From Kudoa neothunni (lineage: Eukaryota > Animalia > Cnidaria): a stretch of DNA of 64,000 bases. Positions 1 to 13,917 of this stretch are shown here, in pieces. The notes below the pieces were generated by a model. That model was not told the DNA's origin, did not search any database, and worked only from the letters and a program-made list of their open reading frames with translations. Positions within the stretch are counted from its first letter, which is position 1. Each line of letters begins with the position of its first letter. The translations under genes and the position numbers were made by a program. The DNA lies in NCBI GenBank assembly GCA_964304625.1, contig OZ199838.1, positions 4,303,354-4,367,353 on the forward strand, in the 5' to 3' direction.

Positions 1-1389
1 TCTATAGCTAACATTTTTTAAATCATTTTCAGAAGAATCGATCTCATTTCTTTTGTTAATTATTTCCATGGACGACAATTCGATACTTTTCGATTTCATC
101 CAAACGAAGCACTCATTCACACGTTGATCAGCGTCTCTAGCTTTTCCTTTCCGCATTGATCTTCGTTTAGCTAGAACCAGTTGACTTTCAAATGCCTGTT
201 TAATTTGAATCTTTTTCTATAATGCCATTTAAAGTTTAAATATAACCTATTTTGAAGTGTTGAATAGTCTCCGCCTTTCTATTTAAGGCCGTAAACTATC
301 ATAATATTTAATTATATTTCTCTGTAAGTATTATGAATTTGTGAATTCTTTTTTCGGACATTTAGAAATAATTACGGATTTTCGGTTATTACACAGTTAT
401 GAAAAAATTTATTCCACAAAACAAAAACGTTACTATTATATTTAATTAAGAACTCGTAATAAATGTTATTTGATAAATTCAACCGGATGGATAAAGTTTT
501 AAGGAAAGTTACGAATTAACGGTCATCTACTGTATATTTAATGAAATTTTTCTTATTTTCGTACATATATTCTATTTATGTGATTTATTAAGTCCAAACA
601 TTAAAACTCGTGGTTTTGTCACATTGAATAACGTTCTAACGCAGTGTTTGGCAACTTTTTTCTACCGCGCCCCACCTTCAAATGTATTGATTTTTTAATC
701 TAAACTGCTTATAAGTTGGAATAAAGCTTCACGTCACATGAAAATTTGAAAGTTATCAATTAATATTTCTATCCTCGTTAGAATTAAAATTAATTCGATC
801 AGATCTAATTTAATTTATCGATTGACTTTAAAATTTAACACTTTTATTTCTTCATTCCGTCAAAATACAATGATAATGAACTTTTGGAGGATATCCTTCT
901 CTATATTGCACCCTTTTATACCATAGTCGATTAAAATAATTCAAAAAATTTGTTATTTTTTAGATTACTCTTTTATGTGCATTTTTTCTTGTCTACGAAT
1001 TATTTTTATACTGAATCAAAAATTTAGCGACAGTAGTGTAATACAGTAAAACCTCGATATAGCGAGGTTTTGAGGGAATGTAATTCACCATTTACCATGC
1101 AATAACAATAGTAAGGCTCCTCGAATTATCGAGGACTCACGCACGCGCACACAATCCTTATATTTCAATTTTTTGACGAAATTGGTATCTTTTTTTGGTT
1201 TTTTTGCCTTTCAAATATTTTTTTATAAAAGATCCATAACAGGATGTAGAGAAAGAGTGAGTAAGGCCGAAGGGTTTTCTAATTGTATTGGTCGAAACTT
1301 TTAGTTGTTACGTCGAAACTGTTTGTTTTCGAAATAAAAGTCGAGGTCTCTATCGAACACACGAATTTTTAAGTTACTTATATCTAGGG

Positions 1390-3076
1390 CAGTAGTGGGC
1401 ACAACTTTTAGGAGTGCGGGCCATATTAGCGCATTTGAGAAGCTTTGAGGGCCGCAATGTTTAATACGCGTTTTTTGAGAATTTAAATACTTGTGATTGG
1501 TTTTTATAACATTTTTAGTACAATAAAAAAAATAAGTATATAAATTAATCTAAAAACCCTTCCAATCAGTAAAACTTAATAAGGAATTAAATAGATTTTT
1601 TAAATATAGAAATTTTGTGATTGGCATATTATAGTAACGATTGAAATAATTACCGTTAAACTTAATAAACTTTAACTCTAACTGAAATTATGAAAATTTA
1701 ATATTATTCATGAAGTAGACATTAAATTTTTAAACAATAACTTAGATATAATTATTTCATAATTAGTTTAAACATGGCATTCAATATGATATATCGTACT
1801 CTAAAATAAGCCTAAGTTATAAATATGAGTATAATAAATTTTGCCCAAAAAATTACATTTATGATATTTTAGATTATACAAAATATATTGTGAACTAAAT
1901 GTCACCAACGCATAGATGTAATTTTCTTAAAATTTATTACGAAAGATATCAATTCCAAAGTATGATCTAAATAACTTAAAATTACAAAAATCGTAATTTT
2001 TGTTAATTATCAATGTAATATTCATATTTTTTAAGGTTTTGTAAAATGATTTTTCAGAATAAAAATTCCACCCGAAAAAGTTATCATAAATTAATATTCG
2101 TTACCCTTAATTATTTCTTTCAATTTCACTTATTTATATCAATAAATAAAAGAAATATTAATGATAAGGTTTTAACTCGTAATCAATTGGTTTTGCCTAT
2201 TATAACTTACAAAAATTTTAAGGCCTTTTTTTCTCTATCGTTATCGTTGATTTGCTCACTGACTTTCCCAGGTTTCATTCTGTGCTACCGCATCAAGTTA
2301 TATTCCTTTTAATACAGGAACTGATTCGAGACAAAGCCAACAGATCGCTTTACTCATTGAATGTGTGAAGAAATATTTTTGAGTCCAATCATCATTAAAA
2401 CTACGGCTTTCATCAATAAGTTTACACATTATCAGGGGACATTTATGTTTCATTGCACAAACATGTGATGTCAACACACGACGATTAATAAATTAATAAG
2501 GGAAGTTTGCGTGCATTATCACTTGAGAGAATTAAGAAGATAAATAGAAAACTATTCCTATCTTGAACTGATAAAATTTTATACACCTCTATTATAAATA
2601 TTTATGGTTAAAAATCTAAAGTTATCTAAAAAATTACACAAATTACATCGACTCTATGCCTTTTAAATATAGTAATAAATAATTTTATCGTTAATGCATT
2701 GTTTGTAATGAAAGGTATGGGAATGGTTCATGTTGGGTTAAACTTCTAATTTAGATAGAAGTATCGCATGCTAATGATTTTTAATATTTTGGTAATTTTA
2801 GATTTATTTTGTTTTAAGCGCGTACAAAATCTTACCATGATCACTATTACATACGATAATCATACACAGGGTGCAATCGTAGATAAAATATAAAATTGGA
2901 TAACTAAATCGAGTAGAATTAACGTTTATAAATCTAAAGTATTTCTCAACAAAAAATTTTTTTACTTATGGAAGAAAAACGCTGTTTCGGTGTTAATAAA
3001 TTGGGAAAATCGTGTACGCTCGCGCAATTTTTCAGCCTTCTAAACACGTCCGCGGGCCGCACCTTGCCCACCACTG
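1390..3076 (-). mobile_element. Internally deleted hAT (Buster/SPIN/Charlie-like) DNA transposon
   Basis: TIRs CAGTAGTGGGCA / TGCCCACCACTG; 8-bp TSD atctaggg/acctaggg. Minus-strand remnant at ~2280-2430 reads CKLIDESRSFNDDWTQKYFFTHSMSKAICWLCLESVPVLK, like the N-terminal zinc-finger region of SPIN/GTF2IRD2-type transposases. Confidence 0.85.
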
Positions 3077-4377
3077 ACCTAGGGCATGCAATTCTCGATT
3101 TAAATCGATTTTATCAGGATGGTTCGACGTCTATTTTTTCGGATTGTTCCGGAAAAGGTGCCCTAATAAGAATGTGCAGAAAAAGATGTGACTTGGAGAA
3201 TTATTTAAAATGGATCTATTTACAAATACCACAAGTTATAATTACCTAATGTTGTGTATTTTAGACGCGCTATAGAAATACTGATTCGTAATTCAAATAA
3301 CATGCGGTGAGCCCGAAGATTCTCGTTATAATAAGTAATAGTCGTTAATACCAAAAACCTACATAACAAAACCAAACCATGTGTAGAAACATGTTTTATT
3401 ATTAAAGCATCGTTCAATGATAGAATCGTTAAAGTATGTCTCTCCTGACCTCTTTTATTGTTTAGAGATCATAAAAATCAAAAAATAAAGATTTATCTTG
3501 TTTCAGCTGTAGTGTATGATGGATTACCACTTAAAATAATAAATAACTACACAAGACCTAGGAGTTGTTCCTAAAAATATTATCTTACGGCACGTTCACT
3601 TTCTAATGCTAAAACTTTTATCGTTAATCACTTACATTGTTTGCAAAAAAAGATTCTAGCAACGTCGACTTCGTTGACAATTTTCATGGATTTTTAAACA
3701 TACCACTGTTGTTAATCGCAGTAAAAAAATTTTCGGAGATTAGGCGTGCGTGTTCTTTCAAGGGAAAAAATATCTTGCTCGAAAGAAAAAATTTCGATGG
3801 TATTATAATTTTATCAAAATTGTGAAATTCAATATTATTATAATCCGTGTAATGTTAATTTGTATTTTTTGGGTCATAGAGATGTTTGTGTAGATCTATG
3901 TATAATCTCTTATATGCGCAAAGCGTCGAAAAATTTGACGTTTATTTATAGACGTCGATTCTTTCAAAGATAAACGTCGAAAATTGCATGCCCTAGTTAT
4001 AACCCACATACATACACAACTATTAGCTATTAATAAGCCCAAAATCATTACGCACTTGAATTTAAAAGTAGAATGAAGATTAAAGATGACATTGTAAAAT
4101 ACAAACATCGGTCCTATTAAAGTGAATTTATATTAAAAAACAAGGGGCTTATATGGTTGATTATAATCGATTGCTTTCGGGATCTGAATTTGACGCTACC
4201 AGTCAAATATCACAGATTGTCGAATGAATCATTAGGGGTAGGATTAGGTAGTGTAATTGACGTTGCGAATAAAATTACGAATATTCCGAGTTGAGTTAAA
4301 TTGGATTTGTTTTGTAGCACTTAGGAATGCTATTATTATCAACGGCAGTCACGACGACGAGTCCACAATGGATTAAA

Positions 4378-4390
4378 TTTTTGGCGCGAA
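4378..4390 (+). promoter_or_regulatory. E2F-binding site upstream of geminin
   Basis: TTTTTGGCGCGAA matches the canonical E2F element and lies ~45 bp before the geminin ATG; geminin is an established E2F target in animals. Confidence 0.6.
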
Positions 4391-4434
4391 TTGCGTGAGC
4401 AACGTTGAGATTGGCGTTAATATTAATTTTGTTG

Positions 4435-5249
4435 ATGCGCACAATGGTCAAAGGACTTTCCGATCTATCGAATTCAAAAGAAAATATATCTGCTGAGCAA
4501 CTTATCAAGGTATGGGTTGGTTGTTCAATCTAGTTTGGTTAACTCGAGAATATTCTCTCCATAGAAATCACTCCTCAACACCAAAGAACAATCATCAAAA
4601 CAATATAACAGACAACCATTTAAAGTTGTTGAAAACCATTCCACATCAGCAACAGTTGATGAAGTTCCTAAACAATTTTCAAACACAATTGACGATGACT
4701 CGTTGAACGTGAAATTAAGTGAAATTAATCGTGATGATTCCATCAATGTGGTCGAAACATCTGCATCTGACGATGGGTTATTGCTGGATGATTGGAAAAA
4801 GTTGGCAATTGAACGCGAGTACGCTCTTAAAGAGACTGCTCTTGAAAACGAACTTGTAAATAGATCTTATATGTGGAGCTGTGTTTCACCCTTTGTATTT
4901 TTCAGATGAATGAAACCATTTTTGAAATGGAGAAGGAAATTAAACGTTTAAATCGAACCATTATATCATTACTGCCTTACAAATATTCGTGGCAAGTAGT
5001 CGAATTTCAATACTTTATTTCGTTGCTAAGAATTCACATTCAAATTTCATAGCGATTGGCTAAAGACTACACTAGGGACTCCAACGATGAAGACAGTGAT
5101 AACGTTTTGTCGATGAATTTGGGGCCTCAAATGAAACAAAATTTGAAAGACGAGCTTGAAATGTATCATCACCCACCGACTGTTGTGTTTGTTTTAATGT
5201 TTACTTTAGGTTGGAACTTCAAAATCACTCCAACCTTCATGATTTGTAA
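4435..5249 (+). CDS. GMNN: Geminin (DNA replication licensing inhibitor), 5 exons
   Basis: Exons ~4435-4509, 4565-4855, 4906-4995, 5053-5162, 5210-5249 with GT-AG introns. N-terminal KEN box (SKENIS), D-box-like RQPFKVVEN, and coiled coil WKKLAIEREYALKETALENELMNETIFEMEKEIKRL matching geminin [22 protein letters not shown]. Confidence 0.78.
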
Positions 5250-5802
5250 CACAATTGCCCATGTGAACAATTAGTTTTTCTTATTATAAATTTGTTTTGT
5301 GTTTTTTCCTATTTCATCCGTCTCATTATTTGTCTTTGTTTTTATTTGATTTTGCCTCATTCTTTCTATTTCACGTAGTAAGCTGTTTGGAATTACCATT
5401 AGGATATATCATTTAAAAATATCACAAGTCAGTAAAGAACAATAGTTTCGTTTTTTTGTCGGAGCGATAAAAGAGATTGGCGCCCGAGGAACGGCAGACA
5501 AACGATTGATTAAATCAACAATCCGTTAATAATGTTTGTCTGATGTGTTCACGATGTCAAGAAAATGTTAATTTATTTTTTTTATAATTTTTTAGTAAAA
5601 TTAATATGTGTTTTCTCCAACTTATCCAAGTTTATGTCTCCATCGAATTTAATAATCATTAAATTTTTGTTCAAAATTACGAAAATAAATCATTTTCATC
5701 ACAATTCGGCCGATCTACTTTCTGAATCCAATAGTTGAGGGAAATATATAGGAATATAATCCCACGTTATAATAGTTGCTGAGCCGATCACGTGCCATAA
5801 AA

Positions 5803-8614
5803 ATGATGCAAGAATGGGTCCGTTTAAAAATAATTTTAGACGTTGATGGAGCTCAAAGAAAATATTTACATTTAGTTGATAAGGAGCTGTACGAGAGCGG
5901 AACCATTAAACATCTGAAGGACAGTGTATGTAGGAAGATTCTGAAAAAGCGTCAATTGAAAAGAGTTTCCAGAGTTTCCTTTACTATGGATGACTATCAG
6001 CTATCAAGCAAAGAGTTAATGTGTGTGATTCGGCCAGACGAATGCGTTAAGTAGTCTTTTTACATTTTTTCAACAATAAAATAACACTTTTTAGTGTGAA
6101 AGTTCACTTGACGGATAAATCGGACCAGACTTCTATGATCTCGACTACTAGCACGATTTCCATAGATGACTCCCATATTCCTACCATTCAGTATGTTTAA
6201 ACTAAAAAATTTTATTTAAATTATCGATATTTATCAACTATACAATTATAATAAAAAGTCGTCATCACCAAGGTTGCCAGGACTTGGGGTTCTTGGAGGT
6301 TTTTTCATCTGTTTTAAATTTTGGGGTTTTATTGAAAATCTGTAAACATTAAATAATAACACAAATTTTTGTATACGACATTAATATTTATATTTTTAAT
6401 TAAGTATCCTATTCAGATTATATCATGCAAGGTTTAAACATTTACAATATTGAACGACAGCACATTAGATTGTTTAATATGGCACAATTACATAATTATA
6501 CAGTGAACATTGTCGCACATTATTTGAAACTTTAAACCTTATTTCAAAATACACATTGAATTATGAATTAATTGTGAGTATATTGATCTATACTAGACTT
6601 AAGTATGAGTGAGTTTTGGCACGAAAAAGTGCAATAATTCGACGATAAATTTAAATTTAATACCTGAAGACGCAATTATAGAATCAGAAGAAGATTAAAA
6701 ACTTCATTAGACACGATTCTAATTTTGTTGTTCTTTAAACTAGCGTTTTTCTCGGTCTTTGGTTGTTTTACTTAAACTTGGGGGTTTTCACCGTCTATTT
6801 TTGGGATTTTTTAAATCCCCGCTGGCGGCTCTAGTCATCACCAGTATTAGTTATAAAGAAGCAAAGTTATATACGCTCTAATTTCATTTTAATTCTGATG
6901 CAAAATCTAACTTGTTGCATAAATAATCAAATTTATGACAATCATTTTTATTTTTGGATCATCAGTTATAATGGCTTTGAAAAGTATTAAAGAAAAACCT
7001 TGTGAATCGAATATGTATTTTAGTAGGTAATATTTGTTCTAATTTATTTTATGCAAATAATTGATAAATGTGCTTATTTCTCTTAAATATATCATTATTC
7101 TGACTCTTGAATTACATCGCAAAGCTTCATTTACAGGAAAATATCCAGCGTACATAATTGTTGGCAATCATGATAACTTTCCTACATCAAATTGCGGTTT
7201 CTGCTTAATTTTACGATGACTATTAATATAGTGATCTACGATTTTGATAAATACCGAGTTATCGTACATTAGCGAAAGTTTGAATTAAAATTTGTATTAT
7301 TTGAAATAACTTAAATACTGAATACTAAAATTTGTAGATATTTAACCAATTATTGTACATTAAATTTTATCAAACAAATTAAAAATTACTCAAGGTTTGA
7401 TAATTGAACATGTTTTCAAATAACAGTTGACAGAGTATATGGATTAAACTGAGTTAAATATGTGAGGTAATTTAAAAAAAGATCGTAGAATTGCTCATGA
7501 GTTGAATCTATAATAAGTGATTTTCTAATTTTTTAAATTATTAATTATTTCTGTTTTTGTATTTGTATTTTGAAAATACAAAAGTATAAATTTGTCAATT
7601 ATATTATATCGAAACTGCACTGTGATTAATTGAATTAACAATAATGTCTAGAGAAAAAAGACCCAAGAACAATCTCGAGTTAGTTGTCAATTCCAGTCCT
7701 TATGGCGACGTACACAAAGCACTTTTTGGAAAAAATAATTCTACGTCAATGATGGTGCACAGTGAAAATCCAATGCCCAAAAATTGTTTGTATAACGAAT
7801 CAGATACTACAAATCAAGGCCAGTTGATCGTTGAGCAATCTTCCACTCCCTCCGAAGTACCCAAGACCAAATATAAACTAACTAAAAAGGTTTTTCGGAG
7901 CATGGTCAAAAGTGTGGGTGCATTACTGGGTGATTTGAATTCAGCTAATGATGGGTCGTCCGAATACTCATCTATCAACCAATCTAAGAATTCTGAGAAA
8001 CGTTCCAACCCAACCCATATTAAATTTGGTTCCGAGGATGAGGACACCCCCGAGGTCGAGAATGATTGTAACACTGCTGTATCAGTATTTACAACCAACC
8101 ATATTAATTCTGTCAAAAATTATTCACATTATAAACCGATGACCGAGTTTCCAAAAATGCGGGATCGAATAGCCTTCAAAATGAGAGAACTCTCCGCTGC
8201 TACATGTTGTCCAGAATTATCTCCTTTTTTGGTAATAATGATCGATTTGGAGATGAGATGTGTTCATTAATTCATTTCATACAGGAAGGCACGATAACCA
8301 ACGTAGATTCAGAGAAAAAAATTCTATATGTTGATATCGATGATGAATTTGTATGGGTGGAAAATGACGGTAATTCAATCATCTCCTCCCTTCCCTTTCT
8401 ATCATTATTAGGTCTTCCACGTACATCCAACGTTTATTACGATCTGGAAGATGAAGATGATTCGGATATTGAACTTCAACCCAATAAGCAAATACGGAAT
8501 AAGCATGTAAGTAAACTGTGTTAGTTTATATTTTTAAGCTCGTTCTAGGTGATGATAGTATGGAACAATGTGATAGAGCCTAAAATTTTGAACACTCCAC
8601 AAAAAGAACTTTAA
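5803..8614 (+). CDS. COIL: Coilin (Cajal body scaffold), multi-exon with a ~1.45-kb second intron
   Basis: N-terminal VRLKIILD...YLHLVD...MDDYQLSSKELMCVIRPDECV resembles the Coilin_N domain. C-terminal NYSHYKPMTEFPKMRDRIAFKMRELS...PELSPFL/EGTITNVD and terminal WNNVIEPKI match the coilin Tudor-like region. Splice phases are consistent. Confidence 0.85.
6269..6833. mobile_element. hAT-type MITE in coilin intron 2
   Basis: Perfect 8-bp TSD gtcatcac on both sides; imperfect TIRs CAAGGTTGCCAG / CTGGCGGCTCTA; internal TTGGGG subterminal repeats. Confidence 0.8.
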
Positions 8615-8772
8615 TTTTTGTTGTATATCGTTGACAGAATATTTGTTATTGCCATTTATACTGTGCACATTTTTGCAAGAATTATCGAAACCTTACATCG
8701 GCTAGCATTATGGCGCAAAAAAATAGAATTTGGGATGTAAAAAATTGTTGTATTGGTGAGAATATAAGTAGG

Positions 8773-11142
8773 TTAAATTATTAATTTTTTGGCTCGCCTT
8801 GCAAGTTCATTTTTAATGATGGCAGTCTCGAATCCCAGTCTAGAAAGGACGCTTTTATTTTCATTAATTCTTCGAAGCATGTACGGCATAACAGCGTCGA
8901 CTGGTCCGTAAGGTAGGTATTTGTAAGCATACAACTTGTTTTCGGCTAAAATCAGATCAAATACAAACCACAGAAACAAGTTTTCCCTCACATAAAGTAT
9001 TTGAAATGAATGAACACATTCCATACAATTGGGCAAATATTACTCGATCATCGTTTTTTTGGATATTTTTTGTGTCCATTCTAATATTATTTTATGTATT
9101 TTTGCATTGAATGTGAGTAACAATAAAAATTTGGTATGACAAAAAATACAAATCGATAGTGTATTTGACACTATCCAAGTTGTGGGTTGCAATAACTCCA
9201 GCACCATGGTTGTTGTGGATTCCATCAATCATGGCTACCAAACAACGTAGAAAGCTCAAATTAGTGTCGTCGTAGCTATCACAAACGGGACTTTCTGTTC
9301 CGAAATAGCTGGCCAATTCTCTTTCTTTCTCGAGGTAGGCTCCTCGTACCAATTTCGCACCAAGAATAAAGGGAGTTTGTGAGTTGGCGGAAAAATTGAG
9401 ATCGTCCAAATACTTTCTTAGAGTTTCCTAAAATATGGATATTATTGGAAAATATTGTTTAATATTTTAAGTAATTTTTGTTACTTTCAAATAAGCTTGA
9501 TAGGTATTGTACACTAGACATTGTTGAGTGTTGAATTTTTGAATTAATTCCATGGTGATTGTATGAATAGCATCTTGGTAGTAGGTTTGTTCGCCATCGA
9601 TCATAACTCTAACATTCTTTTTCTGAGCATATTCACATATAAAATTCAGTCTAGCTCGAATAAGATTCAATTCGTGGGCCAACATGGCATCTAATGTTTT
9701 CATATTCAATCCCAAATGATTTGTGTCCTTTTTTGGATTTAGCATGTCCATCCATTGATAATAGTTCAATTTTTCTCTGTCATCCAAACACCACAAAATG
9801 AGTACAACAATAAATAAGAATTAATGTCAGAGTTACGATTGGGTGTTTTGGCAGGCTTTTCGGAAGAGTTTAACCAGATGATCCTCGTCACAATCCAGTG
9901 AGTTGTTCTTATTTATTTGAAAATTAAACAAAATGAAAAATCACAAATACCGCGGATAATTTTGTGAGGGCTTTCTTAAATCCATCAAAGGTCATCAATT
10001 CTTCATCGTCTGTAAATTGATTGAAAATGCTTTGAAGGTTGTTGATATGGGTGTTAATTTTGTTCTAAATATTTTAATCATTACACTAAACAGTTAGCGA
10101 TAAAAAATACCAAATGGTTAGGATTGCAAATCGATGATACTTTAATTGCAATAATTCCTACCATACTATGTTGTTGGGCTTATCATTAACAAATTAGTCC
10201 CAATAATTAAAGTAACAATACTTAAAATTTACTACCTGCAATATCGACAGAATTTAGAAATGCCGAGATGTGTTTTTTATACTTATCACTTTTCATGTTG
10301 AATGAATTCATATTTTCATCGCACAATTTTTGTGTGTGAAGCACTTGATCACCTTTTAAAAAACCTAATAGATCATTTATTAGGTGTTAATTTCACAATT
10401 AATAACTATTTCTCAAAATATTATGAATTCTTTACTTATGGTTCGATTGGTTGGGTCCAAACTAAATAGAAATTAACATAATTATTAAATGGAATAAATT
10501 TTTAAATATTATAATTATTATATTTTTATTTAAATAAACAGATAACGGTTAAAGTCATCCATCAGATTACCTGTAATTTTCAACGTTATCTTCATCATTT
10601 ATGTCAGCTTCCACCGCATAATCCACAATACTTCCAATGTTTTGGGTTTGAAGGTAATCGATAAGTATTTTCACATCAGATTCCGTCTCTCCGCCCAAAA
10701 ACTGTCTATAAATAGTATTTCTAATGAGAGCATTTGAAATTGTGTTTCCTAGCACAGTCTTGGATAAGCGTAACAACTAAAATAATAGATATCTCATCCC
10801 AATTTTAGCAACAAATACTACTTTGTTACTATTTTCTACAATAAAATTAATCCTGGAGGTTTCGAGGACACCATAAGAACGAATTAAATGGAGTGTGGGT
10901 TCAGTCGTTAGAGATTTCTGTAAATTTTGGGGCGAAAACAAGACATCTCCTTTTTTTAATTGTTCGCTATCTCTTTTGAACGAATTCTCAAGTGTGATGT
11001 CACCATATTTTTTGGTCAGGTCACTGTTGAACTTGTAGGCGCCACTGATATATTCGATACGCATTGGGTTACTTATACTGCTCATCGTAACAACACGGAA
11101 TAAATTCAGTGGTAAATAAGTTCTTTGGCTGAACCTTCTCAT
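8773..11142 (-). CDS. PRODH: Proline dehydrogenase, mitochondrial (multi-exon)
   Basis: Motifs IYRQFLGGET, SIVDYAVEAD, VRVMIDGEQTYYQDAI, VYNTYQAYLK, GAKLVRGAYLEKER, IATHNLDSV, YKYLPYGPVDAVMPYMLRRINEN; Arg-rich N-terminal presequence. Confidence 0.96.
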
Positions 11143-13917
11143 TTATAATGACTGAATTTGTAACGGATTATTGCACAATAAATCTCTTAATAAACAAAAT
11201 GATCGGATTTGAAATTTATTATTCAGCTCTACAAATAACATCAACTAATCCATGTAAAATAATACCAACCTGCTAACGAAAGAACCAAGCCAAATTTGTT
11301 GTCGGATCAAAATTCCCTAGGCCCAATATCTTTGAAGATGATCTTTTGACCACAAAACCTTTTAATAAATGTTATTTAGCTTAGCGCGATTATTCACTTT
11401 GCTCTTGTGAATTAAATCGGAGGTAATTCATAATTATATCACCTCTAACCCCAAACACACTGTCTATATTGTTTCAACTGTCATTTGAAATTCTATCCTT
11501 ATTCTATTATCAACTTTCCCACAATAAATCAATGTCATTTATATCAAAGGTTGTGTGAATATTTGAATAGGAATTTTCAACCATCCCATATAAATAGTGA
11601 ATGATTCATCAAGTTAAGCTAATACCTTTTAATAGGAATCTTACTTATTATATAAAGTATGATATTTGTGAAATCCAGTTCAAAATGTATATAGATATTT
11701 TAAATCTGTATGTAAATCGAAACAAAATGAATAAGAATAGCAATACTTTTGCTTCGTCAAATATCGAATGAATTAACTTCACATCATAAAATACTCATGA
11801 ATGTGTGGACAAATTTATCAAATTTGATCTTATTATTTAAAAACCTTTATTTATTTTTATTTGTTTCACAATGATAGACTTTTATATATTTAAGAATGCC
11901 GTTAGAGTATCCCAATTAAAAGGTTGAATTTATGCACACCCATAATCTAATGTCCGCGACATTTACCGTAAACACAAAAGTCCACCTCTTATAAATAACG
12001 CAAACTCTCGCGTCTCATTTCATCATCAGATTAACAATAGAGCGCAACTTATGGATTAGGAATTCTCATCTACACCTTTTAGAGGGAGCTCGATATTAAC
12101 TTCCCCTTTAATGTGTGTGCTAATATGGGAATTAACGAACTACAACACAGCATATTTTTGGGATGGTCAAAGTTCCAAGCTATTATTTAAAGGAGGTTGT
12201 GTCTATGGAGCCAAAGGTGTTACATTCTTTATTAATGCAGACTTCAAGCTTCAAATATTCTATTTAGATCATTCATGTTGTATCAAATTTTAGATAAGAA
12301 TTCCTCACATCTGTTAAAAAATACGCTTTTTTAATGAGTATCTCCATAACGAAATTGGGAATGAAAAATAAAAACATTAGTCGGGCGAGAGTAGGAGTCG
12401 AGAATCAACATTCTGCCTGCTTCCTGTCTTTCCAATTAGTTTTAAAAATTATTATTTTATCTTCTAATACATACACTCCGTAATTTTTAGAATAATATAG
12501 CAGATTTAAATTGTTATAGAGATTAAACATGGAAAAAAATTTATTATTTTCCTCACAAATAATTGATTCCGAATTCATATGAGAACAATGTAATCGCTCG
12601 ATAATAGGATAATATTTTATCCTCAAAATAAGCTAAAATCGTTTTTTAAATATTAAAATCATCAGATAACTAAGTTATTATCAGCTATGCGAATTATAAA
12701 TAAGCGGATAAGTCGAATTCGACCCAACAGTATTTACATATAATAATCTTCGACCCCTTATCCCTTTTCATGGTCATATTTTTTGTTCGCGGTCTTAAAT
12801 TAAGATATTACCCCAAAATCTTTAATTATAACTTATAACTATTATAAGAGTTAAAATGCTCCAAAAAATTGAGTCAGCATCAAATTATGGAAAAAATGAA
12901 AATAAAAACAAAGTCTAATAACATGTATCAGAACCAAGTAAAATTCCATGCTGTTTTTAGAGTGCATTGTGGATTTATTTTGCGTCTGATTTATAAACAA
13001 TGTCTTATCTTAATAAAAGCAATATGCTTAAATCGATCAATACTTGCGCACGCGAATCAATTTGGATGTCAACTTCTCACTTTCAAAACTATTCCATATC
13101 TAAAAATATTTAAAACTGATAAATTTTAAAATAAATACAATAGGTTAAGTTTTAGTATATATATATTTTTGTACCTCATATAGACACATTATATCATTAT
13201 AAATAATGGCAATAATGATTTATTAAACAAGGCAAAACAATAATCCCTGTATAACTTTTTAAAATAATTTCTCAACGTTCCGAATATATAAATAAATATA
13301 TTCAAAATTATGAAAAATTATATTTTGACAAAGATCGTACAGAATCAGGTTCATTTATGTATAAAAATAATAAGACTGTTTAAACTGCGTTATTTTTAAT
13401 TTACTAAAATTATTATTAATTTGTTTTTGATTAGATGAAAATCACAATAACATTTTTAAACTACTTGGGAAAAAATATTAAAATTAAAGCGTAATAGAGA
13501 CGCAATTTTACTCTTGTTCATTTAAAATTTGAATCAAAATTGAACACGAAAAGGTTAATGAGGCGTCATCTAGCATTGAATTTAAGTTGAAATGTTCAAT
13601 CTTTATTTATTTGATGAATAGAAGTTAAAAAATAATTATAATGATTTAAAAATAAAAAAAAATTTAACACCTAAATTTATCCTAATTAAGAGGTGTTTTA
13701 TTAATACAGTGGATGCCCAATTTTCCTTGCTTTCCTTAATCATCTGTTATATTAGGAGGATAATCTGGGGTGAAACCTAATTAGTTTATTCCATTTAATT
13801 TTTTTTTCTTTAGAAATATCTACTAAATATTAAATAAAATGCGGAACTTAGGTAGTAAATTTTCCTCTACCTGTTGCACATGCGCACACTACCCATCGAA
13901 CTCAATAATATGCGAAT

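Noticed and set aside
642-1075. Isolated TIR-like ends (hAT at 642; pogo at 1043; also 13707, 15972, 33226)
   Set aside because: No partner TIR or TSD found, so element boundaries cannot be supported.
2046-4108. Short ORFs in the ORF track
   Set aside because: Low-complexity AT-rich translations within or next to TE remnants, with no recognisable domains.
7814-8116. Antisense ORFs overlapping coilin (likewise those over SEC6, RPB3, RPL35 and MTFR1)
   Set aside because: Shadow frames of real coding exons.
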